64,000 bases of DNA from Pecten maximus. Its lineage: Eukaryota. The notes beneath the pieces are model-generated. The model was not told the DNA's origin. It saw only the letters and a list, made by a program, of their open reading frames with translations, and did no database searches. Below are positions 14,391 to 29,400 of the stretch, in pieces; within the stretch, counting starts at the first letter, position 1; every line of letters begins with the position of its first letter. The position numbers and the translations under genes are program-made. The DNA is taken from contig NC_047024.1 in the NCBI RefSeq assembly GCF_902652985.1, forward strand, positions 38,626,001 to 38,690,000. The letters run 5' to 3'.

Positions 14391-15899
14391 TCATTTCAAG
14401 ACAAACGGGAAACTTTATATGAAAGTGTATATAAAAGTAGAATTCATATTCAGTAAACACTGACTTATTCTTACAAATGGTGAAATGGGTTTACGATATA
14501 GTGATACATGAGCCTATGTTGTGAGTTTCAAAGCAGTTTCCTTCAGTTGATGTTCGTAGAGATTGCTACAAAGAAAAAGCTAAATGGCATCGCGCATGGG
14601 TGTGTTTTTGTGATTATAGTCCGCACAGCGTTTGCTTATGAGCAGTAACAATTAAGCATACTTGTAGAACCTACAAAATTGTTACGTTATTGTTTTGCAC
14701 TGATTTAGGTATTTACAAAACAAGGTTTTTGACACTTTTAATTTCCGTAATAAAGAGCAAGTCTTAGTTTTATGATATATTTGTTAAAGATTTTACACCT
14801 GATGATGTTTTCCAACAGTGATTTTTAGGGCTGTTGTCCCTTTGATACAATACTTACTAAAATATTGGTGGCTCCAAAGTACGTTTTGTTCTGAACAGAA
14901 ATCCGATACATCATACTGATTGTGACATTTTGGGTAAAAAAACAAAATGCTACTCTTTATAATCCCTCATGTTTTTGAAGCTGCTACAAAATGGGAGATG
15001 ATTACAATTTTCATATTTGTGTACCATCCCTTTTCATCAGAAGAGAAATATTAAGTTGTCCTTTAAAGAGACAATATGAAAGTAGCCAACAACACTATAT
15101 AAACCTTTCTAATTTCTGTTAAAAATCTTCAAAAGAATATACCCAGGCAGCCTCAGCTTTCACAAAAGTTTTATCACATACAGGGTTTATGATCATTTTT
15201 TAAAATTGAAATTGATGTTTACAACTGTGACTTGGCATTTAGAATGAGTGATGTGTTTGAGTTCTGTAACTGAGTTTTTGTGTATTGCCCACCTTACCTA
15301 GTCTGAGGTTAATTACATCACTCCTAGACTTAACGATTACCTGGGTACAGGTATGGAGCCCAGTCAGCTACACAAGAACCCTCTCATTGATATTCATACT
15401 TTCACCTAAATATTAACTCAAAACATTTGTTCTTATTCTACACCTGTTTTTTTTTTTTTTACAACATAAAGGCTTCTTTTTGTAAAATTTTGAATCTTTT
15501 ATTAAAATGTTTTAAATATCACAATCTAGTTGGAATTATGATTCAGACATGTCAAGATAACAAATATTTGTATCTTGGATCTAAAGTATGAATGAAGTTA
15601 CAAAGCTTACCATAATAAAAGGGCACCTGCCAAAATAGAAATGCAATGCTACATGGTTGGCCTATATCCATCAAAAACCTAAACAGTATATAAATATACC
15701 AATAGTGTGATAGATTTTATAAATACCCCTGTCATTCATTGTCTGATGAACGATGATATCCTGGAGAGGCTTATCTGACATTGCCACAAAGAACAACCAT
15801 ATCATACAAAAATGTTAACAAATTCAATTTATATTTTGTTTATGAATGATAATACATTATATAGTTTGGTCCTCCGTAGACTGGGCCTTTTATTCATCT

Positions 15900-17875
15900 T
15901 CATTCAATGAAACAGGTCAACATCTTACACTTAGTGAAAAGGTACCCATCTCACATTCTATGAAACTGGTCTCACCATCTAAAATTCAATGAAACAGGAC
16001 ACCATCTCACATTCTATGAAACACTCAGGTCACCATCTCACATTCAATGAAATAGGTCACCATATCACATCCAATGAAACAGGTCACCATCTCACATTCT
16101 ATGAAACAGGACACTATCTCACATTCAATTAAACACAGTTAACCATCTCACATTTAATGAAACAAATAACCATCTCACATTCAATGAAATAGGTCACCAT
16201 ATCACACTCAATGAAACAGGTCACCATCTCACATTCAATGAAATAGGTCACCATCTCACATTCTATGAAACAGGTCACCATATCACATTCAATGAAATAG
16301 GTAACCATATCACATCCAATGAAACAGGTCACCATCTCACATTCAATGAAATAGGTCACCATCCCACATTCAATGAAATAGGTCACCATCTCACATTCAA
16401 TGAAACAGGTCACCATCTCACATTCAATGAAACAGGTCACCATCTCACATTCTATGAAACAGGTCACCATCTCACATTCAATGAAATAGGTAACCATCTC
16501 ACATTCAATGAAACAGGTCACCATCTCACATTCAATGAAACAGGTCACCATCTAACATTCTATGAAACAGGACACCATCTCACATTCTATGAAACAGGTC
16601 ACACTCTCACATTCAATAAAACAGGTCACCATCTCACATTCAATGAAACAGGTCACCATCTCACATTCTATGAAACAGGTCACCATTTCACATTCAGTGA
16701 ATTAGGTCACCATCTCACATTCAATGAAATAGGTCACCATCTCACATTCTATTTAACAGGTCACTATCTCACATTTAATAAAACAGGTCACCATCTCACA
16801 TTCAATAAAACAGGTCACCAACTCACATTCAATGAAATAGGTCACCATATCACATCCAATGAAACAGGTCACCATCTCACATTCAATGAAATAGGTCACC
16901 ATCTCACATTCTATGAAACAGGTCACCATATCACATTCAATGAAATAGGTAACCATATCACATCCAATGAAACAGGTCACCATCTCACATTCAATGAAAT
17001 AGGTCACCATCCCACATTCAATGAAATAGGTCACCATCTCACATTCAATGAAACAGGTCACCATCTCACATTCAATGAAACAGGTCACCATCTCACATTC
17101 TATGAAACAGGTCACCATCTCACATTCAATGAAATAGGTAACCATCTCACATTCAATGAAACAGGTCACCATCTCACATTCAATGAAATAGGTAACCATC
17201 TCACATTCAATGAAACAGGTCACCATCTCACATTCAATGAAACAGGTCACCATCTAACATTCTATGAAACAGGACACCATCTCACATTCTATGAAACAGG
17301 TCACACTCTCACATTCAATAAAACAGGTCACCATCTCACATTCAATGAAACAGGTCACCATCTCACATTCTATGAAACAGGTCACCATTTCACATTCAGT
17401 GAATTAGGTCACCATCTCACATTAAATAAAACAGGTCACCATCTCACATTCAGTGAAATAGGTCACCATCTCACATTTAATAAAACAGGTCACCATCTCA
17501 CATTCAATAAAACAGGTCACCATCTCACATTCAATGAAAAAGGTCACCATCTCACATTCTATGAAACAGGTATCCATCTCTCATTCAGTGAAACAGGACA
17601 CCATCTCACATTCTATGAAACAGGTCACCATTTCACATTCAGTGAATTAGGTCACCATCTCACATTCAATAAAACAGGTCACCATCCCACATTTAATGAA
17701 ACAGGTCTCCATATCACATTCAATGAAACAGATAACCATCTCACATTCAATGAAATAGGTCACCATCTCACATTCAGTGAAATAGGTCACCATCTCACAT
17801 TCAGTGAAACAGGTCACCATCTCACATTCTATGAAACAGGTCACCATCTCACATTCAATAAAACAGGTCACCATC
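15900..17875. repeat. Minisatellite, 27-bp unit
   Basis: Unit aatgaaacaggtcaccatctcacattc, about 73 copies, degenerate at left edge. Confidence 0.97.
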
Positions 17876-18504
17876 TTAGACTAAAATCAAAAACTAAATT
17901 GATTGATACCTGTCATCTTTAAGACAGCCTATGAGAGCCTCAATAAGGTTTGATAATCTTTAATTGATAGGTAATGTCCAATATATCACTGGGGAAAAAA
18001 TACATCAATTTGATCTGTCCTTCAAAATTGTATGGTATCTACCACACCTATTCAATATACATGTAATAAAAATATGTTATGATCATAGGAGCGTGGAAAG
18101 TTGGTTGTGATAAAAGTGACCAATATTTTCCCAGCTTGGTCTGGCGTTGTAAAGGACAACGGATGTGACAGATTCAGGGTGAATGTCAGGTGAAAGGGTG
18201 AACTAAAACATAAACAAATTGACTTTACTATTTCACTGCATCACAACAAAACAGAAACCATAAACTACCCGATTTATGTGAAAAATTAAAGACCCGTGAT
18301 AAACTATATCAATCAATCTGTCCAAGTTTAGCAGTACTCTCAAATAACGCCAAGTTAAAGCGAAGTGACAAAATGTAGATTGTACATGATTCTTAAAGGG
18401 AAAGGAAATCCCCATTACGAGTAAAGCCAATTCTAGGGTGTATCTGGTATATATTACACATTAAAACAGAATCAACTGGAGGTTTATAATTCTGGAACTC
18501 CAGG

Positions 18505-21500
18505 AGCTCAAAATCAGTAGGCTCCTTCTATAGTATATAAGGCTAGCTCAAAATCAGTTGGGAGTAGACTCCTTCTATAATATATAAGGCTAGCTCAAAA
18601 TCAGTTGGGAGTAGACTCCTTCTGTAATATATAATACTAGCTCAAAATCAGTTGGGAGTAGACTACCTCTGTAATATATAAGGCTAACTCAAAATCAGTT
18701 GGGAGTAGACTCCTTCTGTAATATATAAGGCTAACTCAAAATCAGTTGGGAGTAGACTCCTTCTGTAATATATAAGGCTAGCTCAAAATCAGTTGGGAGT
18801 AGACTCCTTCTGTAATATATAAGACTAACTCAAAATCAGTTCGGAGTAGACTACTTCTGTAATATATAAGGCTAACTCAAAATCAGTTGGGAGTAGACTC
18901 CTTCTGTAATATATAAGGCTAGCTCAAAATCAGTTGGGAGTAGACTCCTTCTGTAATATATAAGACTAACTCAAAATCAGTTCGGAGTAGACTACTTCTG
19001 TAATATATAAGGCTAACTCAAAATCAGTTGGGAGTAGACTCCTTCTATAATATATAAGACTAACTCAAAATCAGTTCGGAGTACACTACTTCTGTAATAT
19101 ATAAGGCTAACTCAAAATCAGTTGGGAGTAGACTACTTCTATAATATATAAGGCTAACTCAAAATCAGTTGGGAGTAGACTCCTTCTATAATATATAAGG
19201 CTAGCTCAAAATCAGTTGAGAGTAGACTACTTCTGTAATATATAAGGCTAACTCAAAATCAGTTGGGAGTAGACTCCTTCTATAATATATAAGGCCAGCT
19301 CAAAATCAGTTGGGAGTAGACTCCTTCTATAATATATAAGGCTAGCTCAAAATCAGTTGGGAGAAGACTACTTCTGTAATATATAATACTAGCTCAAAAT
19401 CAGTTGGGAGTAGACTCCTTCTGTAATATATAAGACTAACTCAAAATCAGTTGGGAGAAGACTCCTTCTGTAATATATAATACTAGCTCAAAATCAGTTG
19501 GGAGAAGACTACTTCTGTAATATATAAGACTAACTCAAAATCAGTTGGGAGAAGACTACTTCTGTAATATATAATACTAGCTCAAAATCAGTTGGGAGTA
19601 GACTCCTTCTGTAATATATAAGACTAACTCAAAATCAGTTGGGAGTAGACTACTTCTGTAATATATAAGGCTAGCTCAAAATCAGTTGGGAGTAGACTCC
19701 TTCTGTAATATATAAGGCTAGCTCAAAATCAGTTGGGAGTAGACTCCTTCTGTAATATATAATACTAGCTCAAAATCAGTTGGGAGTAGACTCCTTCTGT
19801 AATATATAAGGCTAGCTCAAAATCAGTTGGGAGTAGACTCCTTCTGTAATATATAAGACTAACTCAAAATCAGTTGGGAGTAGACTCCTTCTATAATATA
19901 TAAGGCTAGCTCAAAATCAGTTGGGAGTAGACTACTTCTGTAATATATGAGGCTAACTCAAAATCAGTTGGGAGTAGACTCCTTCTGTAATATATAAGGC
20001 TAGCTCAAAATCAGTTGGGAGTAGACTCCTTCTGTAATATATAATACTAGCTCAAAATCAGTTGGGAGTAGACTCCTCCTGTAATATATAAGGCTAGCTC
20101 AAAATCAGTTGGGAGTAGACTACTTCTGTAATATATAATACTAGCTCAAAATCAGTTGGGAGTAGACTCCTTCTGTAATATATAAGGCTAGCTCAAAATC
20201 AGTTGGGAGTAGACTCCTTCTGTAATATATAATACTAGCTCAAAATCAGTTGGGAGTAGACTCCTTCTGTAATATATAAGGCTAACTCAAAATCAGTTGG
20301 GAGTAGACTCCTTCTGTAATATATAAGGCTAACTCAAAATCAGTTGGGAGTAGACTCCTCCTGTAATATATAAGGCTAGCTCAAAATCAGTTGGGAGTAG
20401 ACTACTTCTATAATATATAAGGCTAACTCAAAATCAGTTGGGAGTAGACTACTTCTATAATATATAAGGCTAACTCAAAATCAGTTGGGAGTAGACTCCT
20501 TCTGTAATATATAAGGCTAACTCAAAATCAGTTGGGAGTAGACTCCTTCTGTAATATATAAGGCTAACTCAAAATCAGTTGGGAGTAGACTACTTCTGTA
20601 ATATATGAGGCTATAGCTATAACTCAAAATCAGTTGGGAGAAGACTACTTCTGTAATATATGAGGCTATAGCTATAACTCAAAATCAGTTGGGAGAAGAC
20701 TACTTCTGTAATATATAAGGCTAGCTCAAAATCAGTTGGGAGTAGACTACTTCTGTAATATATGAGGCTATAGCTATAACTCAAAATCAGTTGGGAGTAG
20801 ACTACTTCTGTAATATATAAGGCTAGCTCAAAATCAGTTGGGAGTAGACTCCTTCTGTAATATATAAGGCTAGCTCAAAATCAGTTGGGAGTAGACTACT
20901 TGTGTAATATATAAGGCTAACTCAAAATCAGGTGGGAGTAGACTCCTTCTGTAATATATAAGGCTAACTCAAAATCAGTTGGGAGTAGACTCCTTCTGTA
21001 ATATATAAGGCTAGCTCAAAATCAGTTGGGAGTAGACCACTTCTGTAATATATAAGGCTAGCTCAAAATCAGTTGGGAGGGGACTACTTCTATAATATAT
21101 AAGGCTAACTCAAAATCAGTTGGGAGTAGACTCCTTCTGTAATATATAAGGCTAGCTCAAAATCAGTTGGGAGTAGACTCCCTTCTGTAATATATAAGGC
21201 TAACTCAAAATCAGTTGGGAGGGGACTACTTCTGTAATATATAAGGCTAGCTCAAAATCAGTTGGGAGTAGACTCCTTCTATAATATATAAGACTAGCTC
21301 AAAATCAGTTGGGAGTAGACTCCTTCTGTTATATATAAGGCTAGCTCAAAATCAGTTGGGAGTAGACTCCTTCTATAGTATATAAGACTAGCTCAAAATC
21401 AGTTGGGAGTAGACTCCTTCTGTAATATATAAGGCTAGCTCAAAATCAGTTGGGAGTAGACTCCTTCTGTAATATATAATACTAGCTCAAAATCAGTTGG

Positions 21501-24500
21501 GAGTAGACTCCCTTCTGTAATATATAAGGCTAGCTCAAAATCACTTGGGAGTAGACTCCTTCTATAATATATAAGGATAGCTCAAAATCAGTTGGGAGTA
21601 GACTCCTTCTGTAATATATAAGGCTAACTCAAAATCAGTTGGGAGTAGACTCCTTCTGTAATATATAATACTAGCTCAAAATCAGTTGGGAGTAGACTCC
21701 CTTCTGTAATATATAAGGCTAACTCAAAATCAGTTGGGAGTAGACTCCTTCTGTAATATATAAGGCTAGCTCAAAATCAGTTGGGAGTAGACTCCTTCTG
21801 TTATATATAAGGCTAACTCAAAATCAGTTGGGAGTAGACTCCTTCTGTAATATATAATACTAGCTCAAAATCAGTTGGGAGTAGACTCCCTTCTGTAATA
21901 TATAATACTAGCTCAAAATCAGTTGGGAGTAGACTCCCTTCTGTAATATATAAGGCTAACTCAAAATCAGTTGGGAGTAGACTCCTTCTGTAATATATAA
22001 TACTAGCTCAAAATCAGTTGGGAGTAGGCTCCTTCTGTAATATATAAGGCTAGCTCAAAATCAGTTGGGAGTAGACTCCTTCTGTAATATATAAGGCTAG
22101 CTCAAAATCAGTTGGGAGTAGACTCCTTCTGTAATATATAAGGCTAGCTCAAAATCAGTTGGGAGTAGACTCCTTCTGTAATATATAATACTAGCCCAAA
22201 ATCAGTTGGGAGTAGACTCCTTCTATAACATATAAGGCTAGCTCAAAATCAGTTGGGAGTAGACCACTTCTGTAATATATAAGGCTAACTCAAAATCAGT
22301 TGGGAGGGGATTACTTCTATAATATATAAGGCTAGCTCAAAATCAGTTGGGAGTAGACTCCCTTCTGTAATATATAAGGCTAACTCAAAATCAGTTGGGA
22401 GTAGACTCCTTCTGTAATATATAAGGCTAGCTCAAAATCAGTTGGGAGTAGACTCCTTCTGTTATATATAAGGCTAACTCAAAATCAGTTGGGAGTAGAC
22501 TCCTTCTGTAATATATAATACTAGCTCAAAATCAGTTGGGAGTAGACTCCCTTCTGTAATATATAATACTAGCTCAAAATCAGTTGGGAGTAGACTCCCT
22601 TCTGTAATATATAAGGCTAACTCAAAATCAGTTGGGAGTAGACTACTTCTGTAATATATAAGGCTAGCTCAAAATCAGTTGGGAGTAGACTCCTTCTGAA
22701 ATATATAAGGCTAGCTCAAAATCAGTTGGGAGTAGACCACTTCTGTAATATATAAGGCTAGCTCAAAATCAGTTGGGAGTAGACTCCTTCTATAACATAT
22801 AAGGCTAGCTCAAAATCAGTTGGGAGTAGACTCCTTCTGTAATATATAAGGCTAGCTCAAAATCAGTTGGGAATAGACTACTTCTATAATATATAATACT
22901 AGCTCAAAATCAGTTGGAAGTAGACTCCCTTCTGTAATATATAAGGCTAACTCAAAATCAGTTGGGAGTAGACTCCTTCTGTAATATATAATACTAGCTC
23001 AAAATCAGTTGGAAGTAGACTCATTCTGTAATATATAAGGCTAGCTCAAAATCAGTTGGGAGTAGACCACTTCTGTAATATATAAGGCTAGCTCAAAATC
23101 AGTTGGGAGGGGACTACTTCTATAATATATAAGGCTAACTCAAAATCAGTTGGGAGTAGACTCCCTCTGTAATATATAAGGCTAGCTCAAAATCAGTTGG
23201 GAGGGGACTACTTCTATAATATATAAGGCTAACTCAAAATCAGTTGGGAGTAGACTCCTTCTGTAATATATAAGGCTAGCTCAAAATCAGTTGGGAGTAG
23301 ACTCCTTCTATAATATATAAGGCTAGCTCAAAATCACTTGGGAGTAGACTCCTTCTATAATATATAAGGCTAGCTCAAAATCAGTTGGGAGTAGACTCCT
23401 TCTGTAATATATAAGGCTAACTCAAAATCAGTTGGGAGTAGACTCCTTCTGTAATATATAATACTAGCTCAAAATCAGTTGGGAGTAGACTCCCTTCTGT
23501 AATATATAAGGCTAACTCAAAATCAGTTGGGAGTAGACTCCTTCTGTAATATATAAGGCTAGCTCAAAATCAGTTGGGAGTAGACTCCTTCTGTTATATA
23601 TAAGGCTAACTCAAAATCAGTTGGGAGTAGACTCCTTCTGTAATATATAATACTAGCTCAAAATCAGTTGGGAGTAGACTCCCTTCTGTAATATATAATA
23701 CTAGCTCAAAATCAGTTGGGAGTAGACTCCCTTCTGTAATATATAAGGCTAACTCAAAATCAGTTGGGAGTAGACTCCTTCTGTAATATATAATACTAGC
23801 TCGAAATCAGTTGGGAGTAGGCTCCTTCTGTAATATATAAGGCTAGCTCAAAATCAGTTGGGAGTAGACTCCTTCTGAAATATATAAGGCTAGCTCAAAA
23901 TCAGTTGGGAGTAGACTCCTTCTATAACATATAAGGCTAGCTCAAATTCAGTTGGGAGTAGACTCCTTCTGTAATATATAATACTAGCTCAAAATCAGTT
24001 GGGAGTAGAATCCTTCTATAATATATAAGGCTAGCTCAAAATCAGTTGGGAGTAGACCACTTCTGTAATATATAAGGCTAGCTCAAAATCACTTGGGAGT
24101 AGACTACTTCTATAACATATAAGGCTAGCTCAAAATCAGTTGGGAGTAGACTCCTTCTGTAATATATAAGGCTAGCTCAAAATCAGTTGGGAGTAGACTC
24201 CTTCTGTAATATATAAGGCTAGCTCAAAATCAGTTGGGAGGGGACTACTTCTGTAATATATAAGGCTAGCTCAAAATCAGTTGGGAGGGGACTACTTCTG
24301 TAATATATAAGGCTAGCTCAAAATCAGTTGGGAGTAGACTCCTTCTGTAATATATAAGGCTAGCTCAAAATCAGTTGGGAGGGGACTACTTCTGTAATAT
24401 ATAAGGCTAGCTCAAAATCAGTTGGGAGGGGACTACTTCTGTAATATATAAGGCTAGCTCAAAATCAGTTGGGAGTAGACTCCTTCTATAATATATAAGG

Positions 24501-27500
24501 CTAGCTCAAAATCACTTGGGAGTAGACTCCTTCTATAATATATAAGGCTAGCTCAAAATCAGTTGGGAGTAGACTCCTTCTGTAATATATAAGGCTAACT
24601 CAAAATCAGTTGGGAGTAGACTCCTTCTGTAATATATAATACTAGCTCAAAATCAGTTGGGAGTAGACTCCCTTCTGTAATATATAAGGCTAACTCAAAA
24701 TCAGTTGGGAGTAGACTCCTTCTGTAATATATAAGGCTAGCTCAAAATCAGTTGGGAGTAGACTCCTTCTGTTATATATAATACTAGCTCAAAATCAGTT
24801 GGGAGTAGACTCCCTTCTGTAATATATAATACTAGCTCAAAATCAGTTGGGAGTAGACTCCCTTCTGTAATATATAAGGCTAACTCAAAATCAGTTGGGA
24901 GTAGACTCCTTCTGTAATATATAATACTAGCTCAAAATCAGTTGGGAGTAGGCTCCTTCTGAAATATATAAGGCTAGCTCAAAATCAGTTGGGAGTAGAC
25001 TCCTTCTGTAATATATAAGGCTAGCTCAAAATCAGTTGGGAGTAGACTCCTTCTATAACATATAAGGCTAGCTCAAAATCAGTTGGGAGTAGACTCCTTC
25101 TGTAATATATAAGGCTAGCTCAAAATCAGTTGGGAGTAGACCACTTCTATAATATATAAGGCTAACTCAAAATCAGTTGGGAGTAGACTCCTTCTGTAAT
25201 ATATAAGGCTAGCTCAAAATCAGTTGGAAGTAGACTCATTCTGTAATATATAAGGCTAGCTCAAAATCAGTTGGGAGTAGACTCCTTCTGTAATATATAA
25301 GGCTAGCTCAAAATCAGTTGGGAGGGGACTACTTCTATAATATATAAGGCTAACTCAAAATCAGTTGGGAGTAGACTCCCTCTGTAATATATAAGGCTAG
25401 CTCAAAATCAGTTGGGAGGGGACTACTTCTATAATATATAAGGCTAACTCAAAATCAGTTGGGAGTAGACTCCTTCTGTAATATATAAGGCTAGCTCAAA
25501 ATCAGTTGGGAGTAGACTCCTTCTATAATATATAAGGCTAGCTCAAAATCACTTGGGAGTAGACTCCTTCTATAATATATAAGGCTAGCTCAAAATCAGT
25601 TGGGAGTAGACTCCTTCTGTAATATATAAGGCTAACTCAAAATCAGTTGGGAGTAGACTCCTTCTGTAATATATAATACTAGCTCAAAATCAGTTGGGAG
25701 TAGACTCCCTTCTGTAATATATAAGGCTAACTCAAAATCAGTTGGGAGTAGACTCCTTCTGTAATATATAAGGCTAGCTCAAAATCAGTTGGGAGTAGAC
25801 TCCTTCTGTTATATATAAGGCTAACTCAAAATCAGTTGGGAGTAGACTCATTCTGTAATATATAAGGCTAGCTCAAAATCAGTTGGGAGTAGACTCCTTC
25901 TGTAATATATAAGGCTAGCTCAAAATCAGTTGGGAGGGGACAACTTCTATAATATATAAGGCTAACTCAAAATCAGTTGGGAGTAGACTCCTTCTGTAAT
26001 ATATAAGGCTAGCTCAAAATCAGTTGGGAGGGGACTACTTCTATAATATATAAGGCTAACTCAAAATCAGTTGGGAGTAGACTCCTTCTGTAATATATAA
26101 GGCTAGCTCAAAATCAGTTGGGAGTAGACTCCTTCTGTAATATATAAGGCTAGCTCAAAATCAGTTGGGAGTAGACTCCTTCTATAATATATAAGGCTAG
26201 CTCAAAATCACTTGGGAGTAGACTCCTTCTATAATATATAAGGCTAGCTCAAAATCAGTTGGGAGTAGACTCCTTCTGTAATATATAAGGCTAACTCAAA
26301 ATCAGTTGGGAGTAGACTCCTTCTGTAATATATAATACTAGCTCAAAATCAGTTGGGAGTAGACTCCCTTCTGTAATATATAAGGCTAACTCAAAATCAG
26401 TTGGGAGTAGACTCCTTCTGTAATATATAAGGCTAGCTCAAAATCAGTTGGGAGTAGACTCCTTCTGTTATATATAAGGCTAACTCAAAATCAGTTGGGA
26501 GTAGACTCCTTCTGTAATATATAATACTAGCTCAAAATCAGTTGGGAGTAGACTCCCTTCTGTAATATATAATACTAGCTCAAAATCAGTTGGGAGTAGA
26601 CTCCCTTCTGTAATATATAAGGCTAACTCAAAATCAGTTGGGAGTAGACTCCTTCTGTAATATATAATACTAGCTCAAAATCAGTTGGGAGTAGGCTCCT
26701 TCTGTAATATATAAGGCTAGCTCAAAATCAGTTGGGAGTAGACTCCTTCTGTAATATATAATACTAGCTCAAAATCAGTTGGGAGTAGGCTCCTTCTGTA
26801 ATATATAAGGCTAGCTCAAAATCAGTTGGGAGTAGACTCCTTCTGAAATATATAAGGCTAGCTCAAAATCAGTTGGGAGTAGACTCCTTCTATAACATAT
26901 AAGGCTAGCTCAAAATCAGTTGGGAGTAGACTCCTTCTGTAATATATAAGGCTAGCTCAAAATCAGTTGGGAGTAGACTACTTCTGTAATATATAAGGCT
27001 AGCTCAAAATCACTTGGGAGTAGACTACTTCTATAACATATAAGGCTAGCTCAAAATCAGTTGGGAGTAGACTCCTTCTGTAATATATAAGGCTAGCTCA
27101 AAATCAGTTGGGAGTAGACTCCTTCTGTAACATATAAGGCTAGCTCAAAATCAGTTGGGAGTAGACTCCTTCTGTAATATATAAGGCTAGCTCAAAATCA
27201 GTTGGGAGTAGACCACTTCTGTAATATATAAGGCTAACTCAAAATCAGTTGGGAGGGGATTACTTCTATAATATATAAGACTAACTCAAAATCAGTTGGG
27301 AGTAGACTCCTTCTGTAATATATAAGGCTAGCTCAAAATCAGTTGGGAGTAGACCACTTCTGTAATATATAAGGCTAGCTCAAAATCACTTGGGAGTAGA
27401 CTACTTCTGTAATATATAATACTAGCTCAAAATCAGTTGGGAGTAGACTCCTTCTGTAATATATAAGGCTAGCTCAAAATCAGTTGGAAGTAGACTCATT

Positions 27501-28130
27501 CTGTAATATATAAGGCTAGCTCAAAATCAGTTGGGAGTAGACTCCTTCTGTAATATATAAGGCTAGGTCAAAATCAGTTGGGAGTAGACTACTTCTGTAA
27601 TATATAAGACTAACTCAAAATCAGTTCGGAGTAGACTACTTCTGTAATATATAAGGCTAGGTCAAAATCAGTTGGGAGTAGACTACTTCTGTAATATATA
27701 AGACTAACTCAAAATCAGTTCGGAGTAGACTACTTCTGTAATATATAAGGCTAGCTCAAAATCAGTTGGGAGTAGACTCCTTCTGTAATATATAAGACTA
27801 ACTCAAAATCAGTTCGGAGTAGACTACTTCTGTAATATATAAGGCTAGCTCAAAATCAGTTGGGAGTAGACTCCTTCTGTAATATATAAGACTAACTCAA
27901 AATCAGTTCGGAGTAGACTACTTCTGTAATATATAAGGCTAGGTCAAAATCAGTTGGGAGTAGACTACTTCTGTAATATATAATACTAGCTCAAAATCAG
28001 TTGGGAGTAGACTCCTTCTGTAATATATGAGGCTAACTCAAAATCAGTTGGGAGTAGACTCCTTCTGTAATATATAAGGCTAGCTCAAAATCAGTTGGGA
28101 GTAGACTCCTTCTATAATATATAAGGCTAA
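18505..28130. repeat. Large minisatellite array, 47-bp unit
   Basis: Unit ggctagctcaaaatcagttgggagtagactccttctgtaatatataa, about 200 copies over 9.6 kb with recurring variant blocks. Confidence 0.98.
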
Positions 28131-28189
28131 GTTGTTTGTGATTTTAGGTCTTGGTGATGAGACATTTTTCCTCACAAAACAACATTCTT

Positions 28190-28216
<27 letters not shown>
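28190..28216. repeat. (TA)n microsatellite
   Basis: Uninterrupted TA run. Confidence 0.9.
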
Positions 28217-28220
<4 letters not shown>

Positions 28221-29197
28221 ACATAATATGAACACAGTCTCTTTCCAAGTTCACACTAGATGCTAGCCTATGGTTCCTTTGCATAAATGCTTTTAAGACA
28301 GCAAGATGCCTCGCTCGTTGGAGCAGAGTGATTTTCATGGAAATTTCCCTTTAGTCTTGTGTCAGGATGCCCACTTAGAGCATGAGGGGATGCTTATTCA
28401 AGCCTACATGCATGCAGGAGATTACCAGTCATCTGTATTATTATGTATACAGATTTGGTGGCATTGCATTATTATCCTAGCATAATAAAAATTGAAGGAG
28501 TTAAAAACAGTGGGCTCATGTTCAGAGCAAAAATTAAAGGGAAAGTACTCTGTGTGCTTCCCAATTAATATTACCTATCCAAAGTTCTCCTATTCAACAC
28601 GGCAAAAGGAGCATGTATTTATCATTGCCTAATAAATAACGACACATAAACCATGGTATACAAACTAATAAAATCTCGGCAAAGCCAATCACTACTACAG
28701 AACATTTTGTAGAATGTATATTCAATTTCTTATACCATCCCATAAATGGGTCTTAATTACATTTACTTGATACCCGGAAACTGTGAACAGGATCTATATA
28801 TCAAACATGTAGTTTTTATTATGTATAACTGTTGTTTTTATCATGTATGTATATATATATATACAGTTTATGGCAAACAGCAAAGATCTTAAGTGTTTTC
28901 CATACATTACAAATAAATCACGAAAGTGCGCATGCAGTCTCACCGAGTAATCGTGACATTCACACTTGCGATCAAAAGATACAATTTAAAAAGAATTCCA
29001 GGAACAGCATTTGTAAAGTGTTTTCCATAATGACATCACTTTGTTACATAATGGAAAACACATTTATCACTTTACGTACCTAAATATAGAATATATATAT
29101 ATATATTACTTCACAGTTACCTAATATACGACAGCTTTACTGGGTATTACTCTGTAGAGGTTAATAGAGTTGCCATTTTGAAAAATGCATTATCGTA

Positions 29198-29380
29198 AAC
29201 AAGAACTCGGGATGCACAACTACATGTTGTACTGATTATACATGCCAAGTTTTGTTGAAATCAGAACAGTACTTTAGTAGGGGGTTGTCCTGACAAGATT
29301 ATGGGACAACGGACGGACAGACAGACGGGCCGATTCCAGTAAACCACAACTAACTTCGTTACGAAGGAGACTATAACAAT
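29198..29380 (-). mobile_element. Short, internally deleted HINE-like element
   Basis: Starts aacaag; body catgccaagttttgttgaaatc; ggacggacagacagacgg microsatellite; decayed end gattccagtaaaccacaactaacttcgttacgaaggagactataa. Confidence 0.6.
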
Positions 29381-29400
29381 GTATGATAATTAGAAATTAA

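Noticed and set aside
14480-15066. Possible TTAA-type (Kolobok-like) transposon ends gttgtccctttaa
   Set aside because: Could not find the matching opposite end.
16129-17874. Cys-rich MVTCFIECE ORFs (metallothionein-like look)
   Set aside because: 27-bp minisatellite with stops and indels; no gene structure.
18505-28130. Possible CRISPR-like array (regular repeat with hairpin)
   Set aside because: Head-to-tail units with no unique spacers, no cas genes, eukaryotic context.
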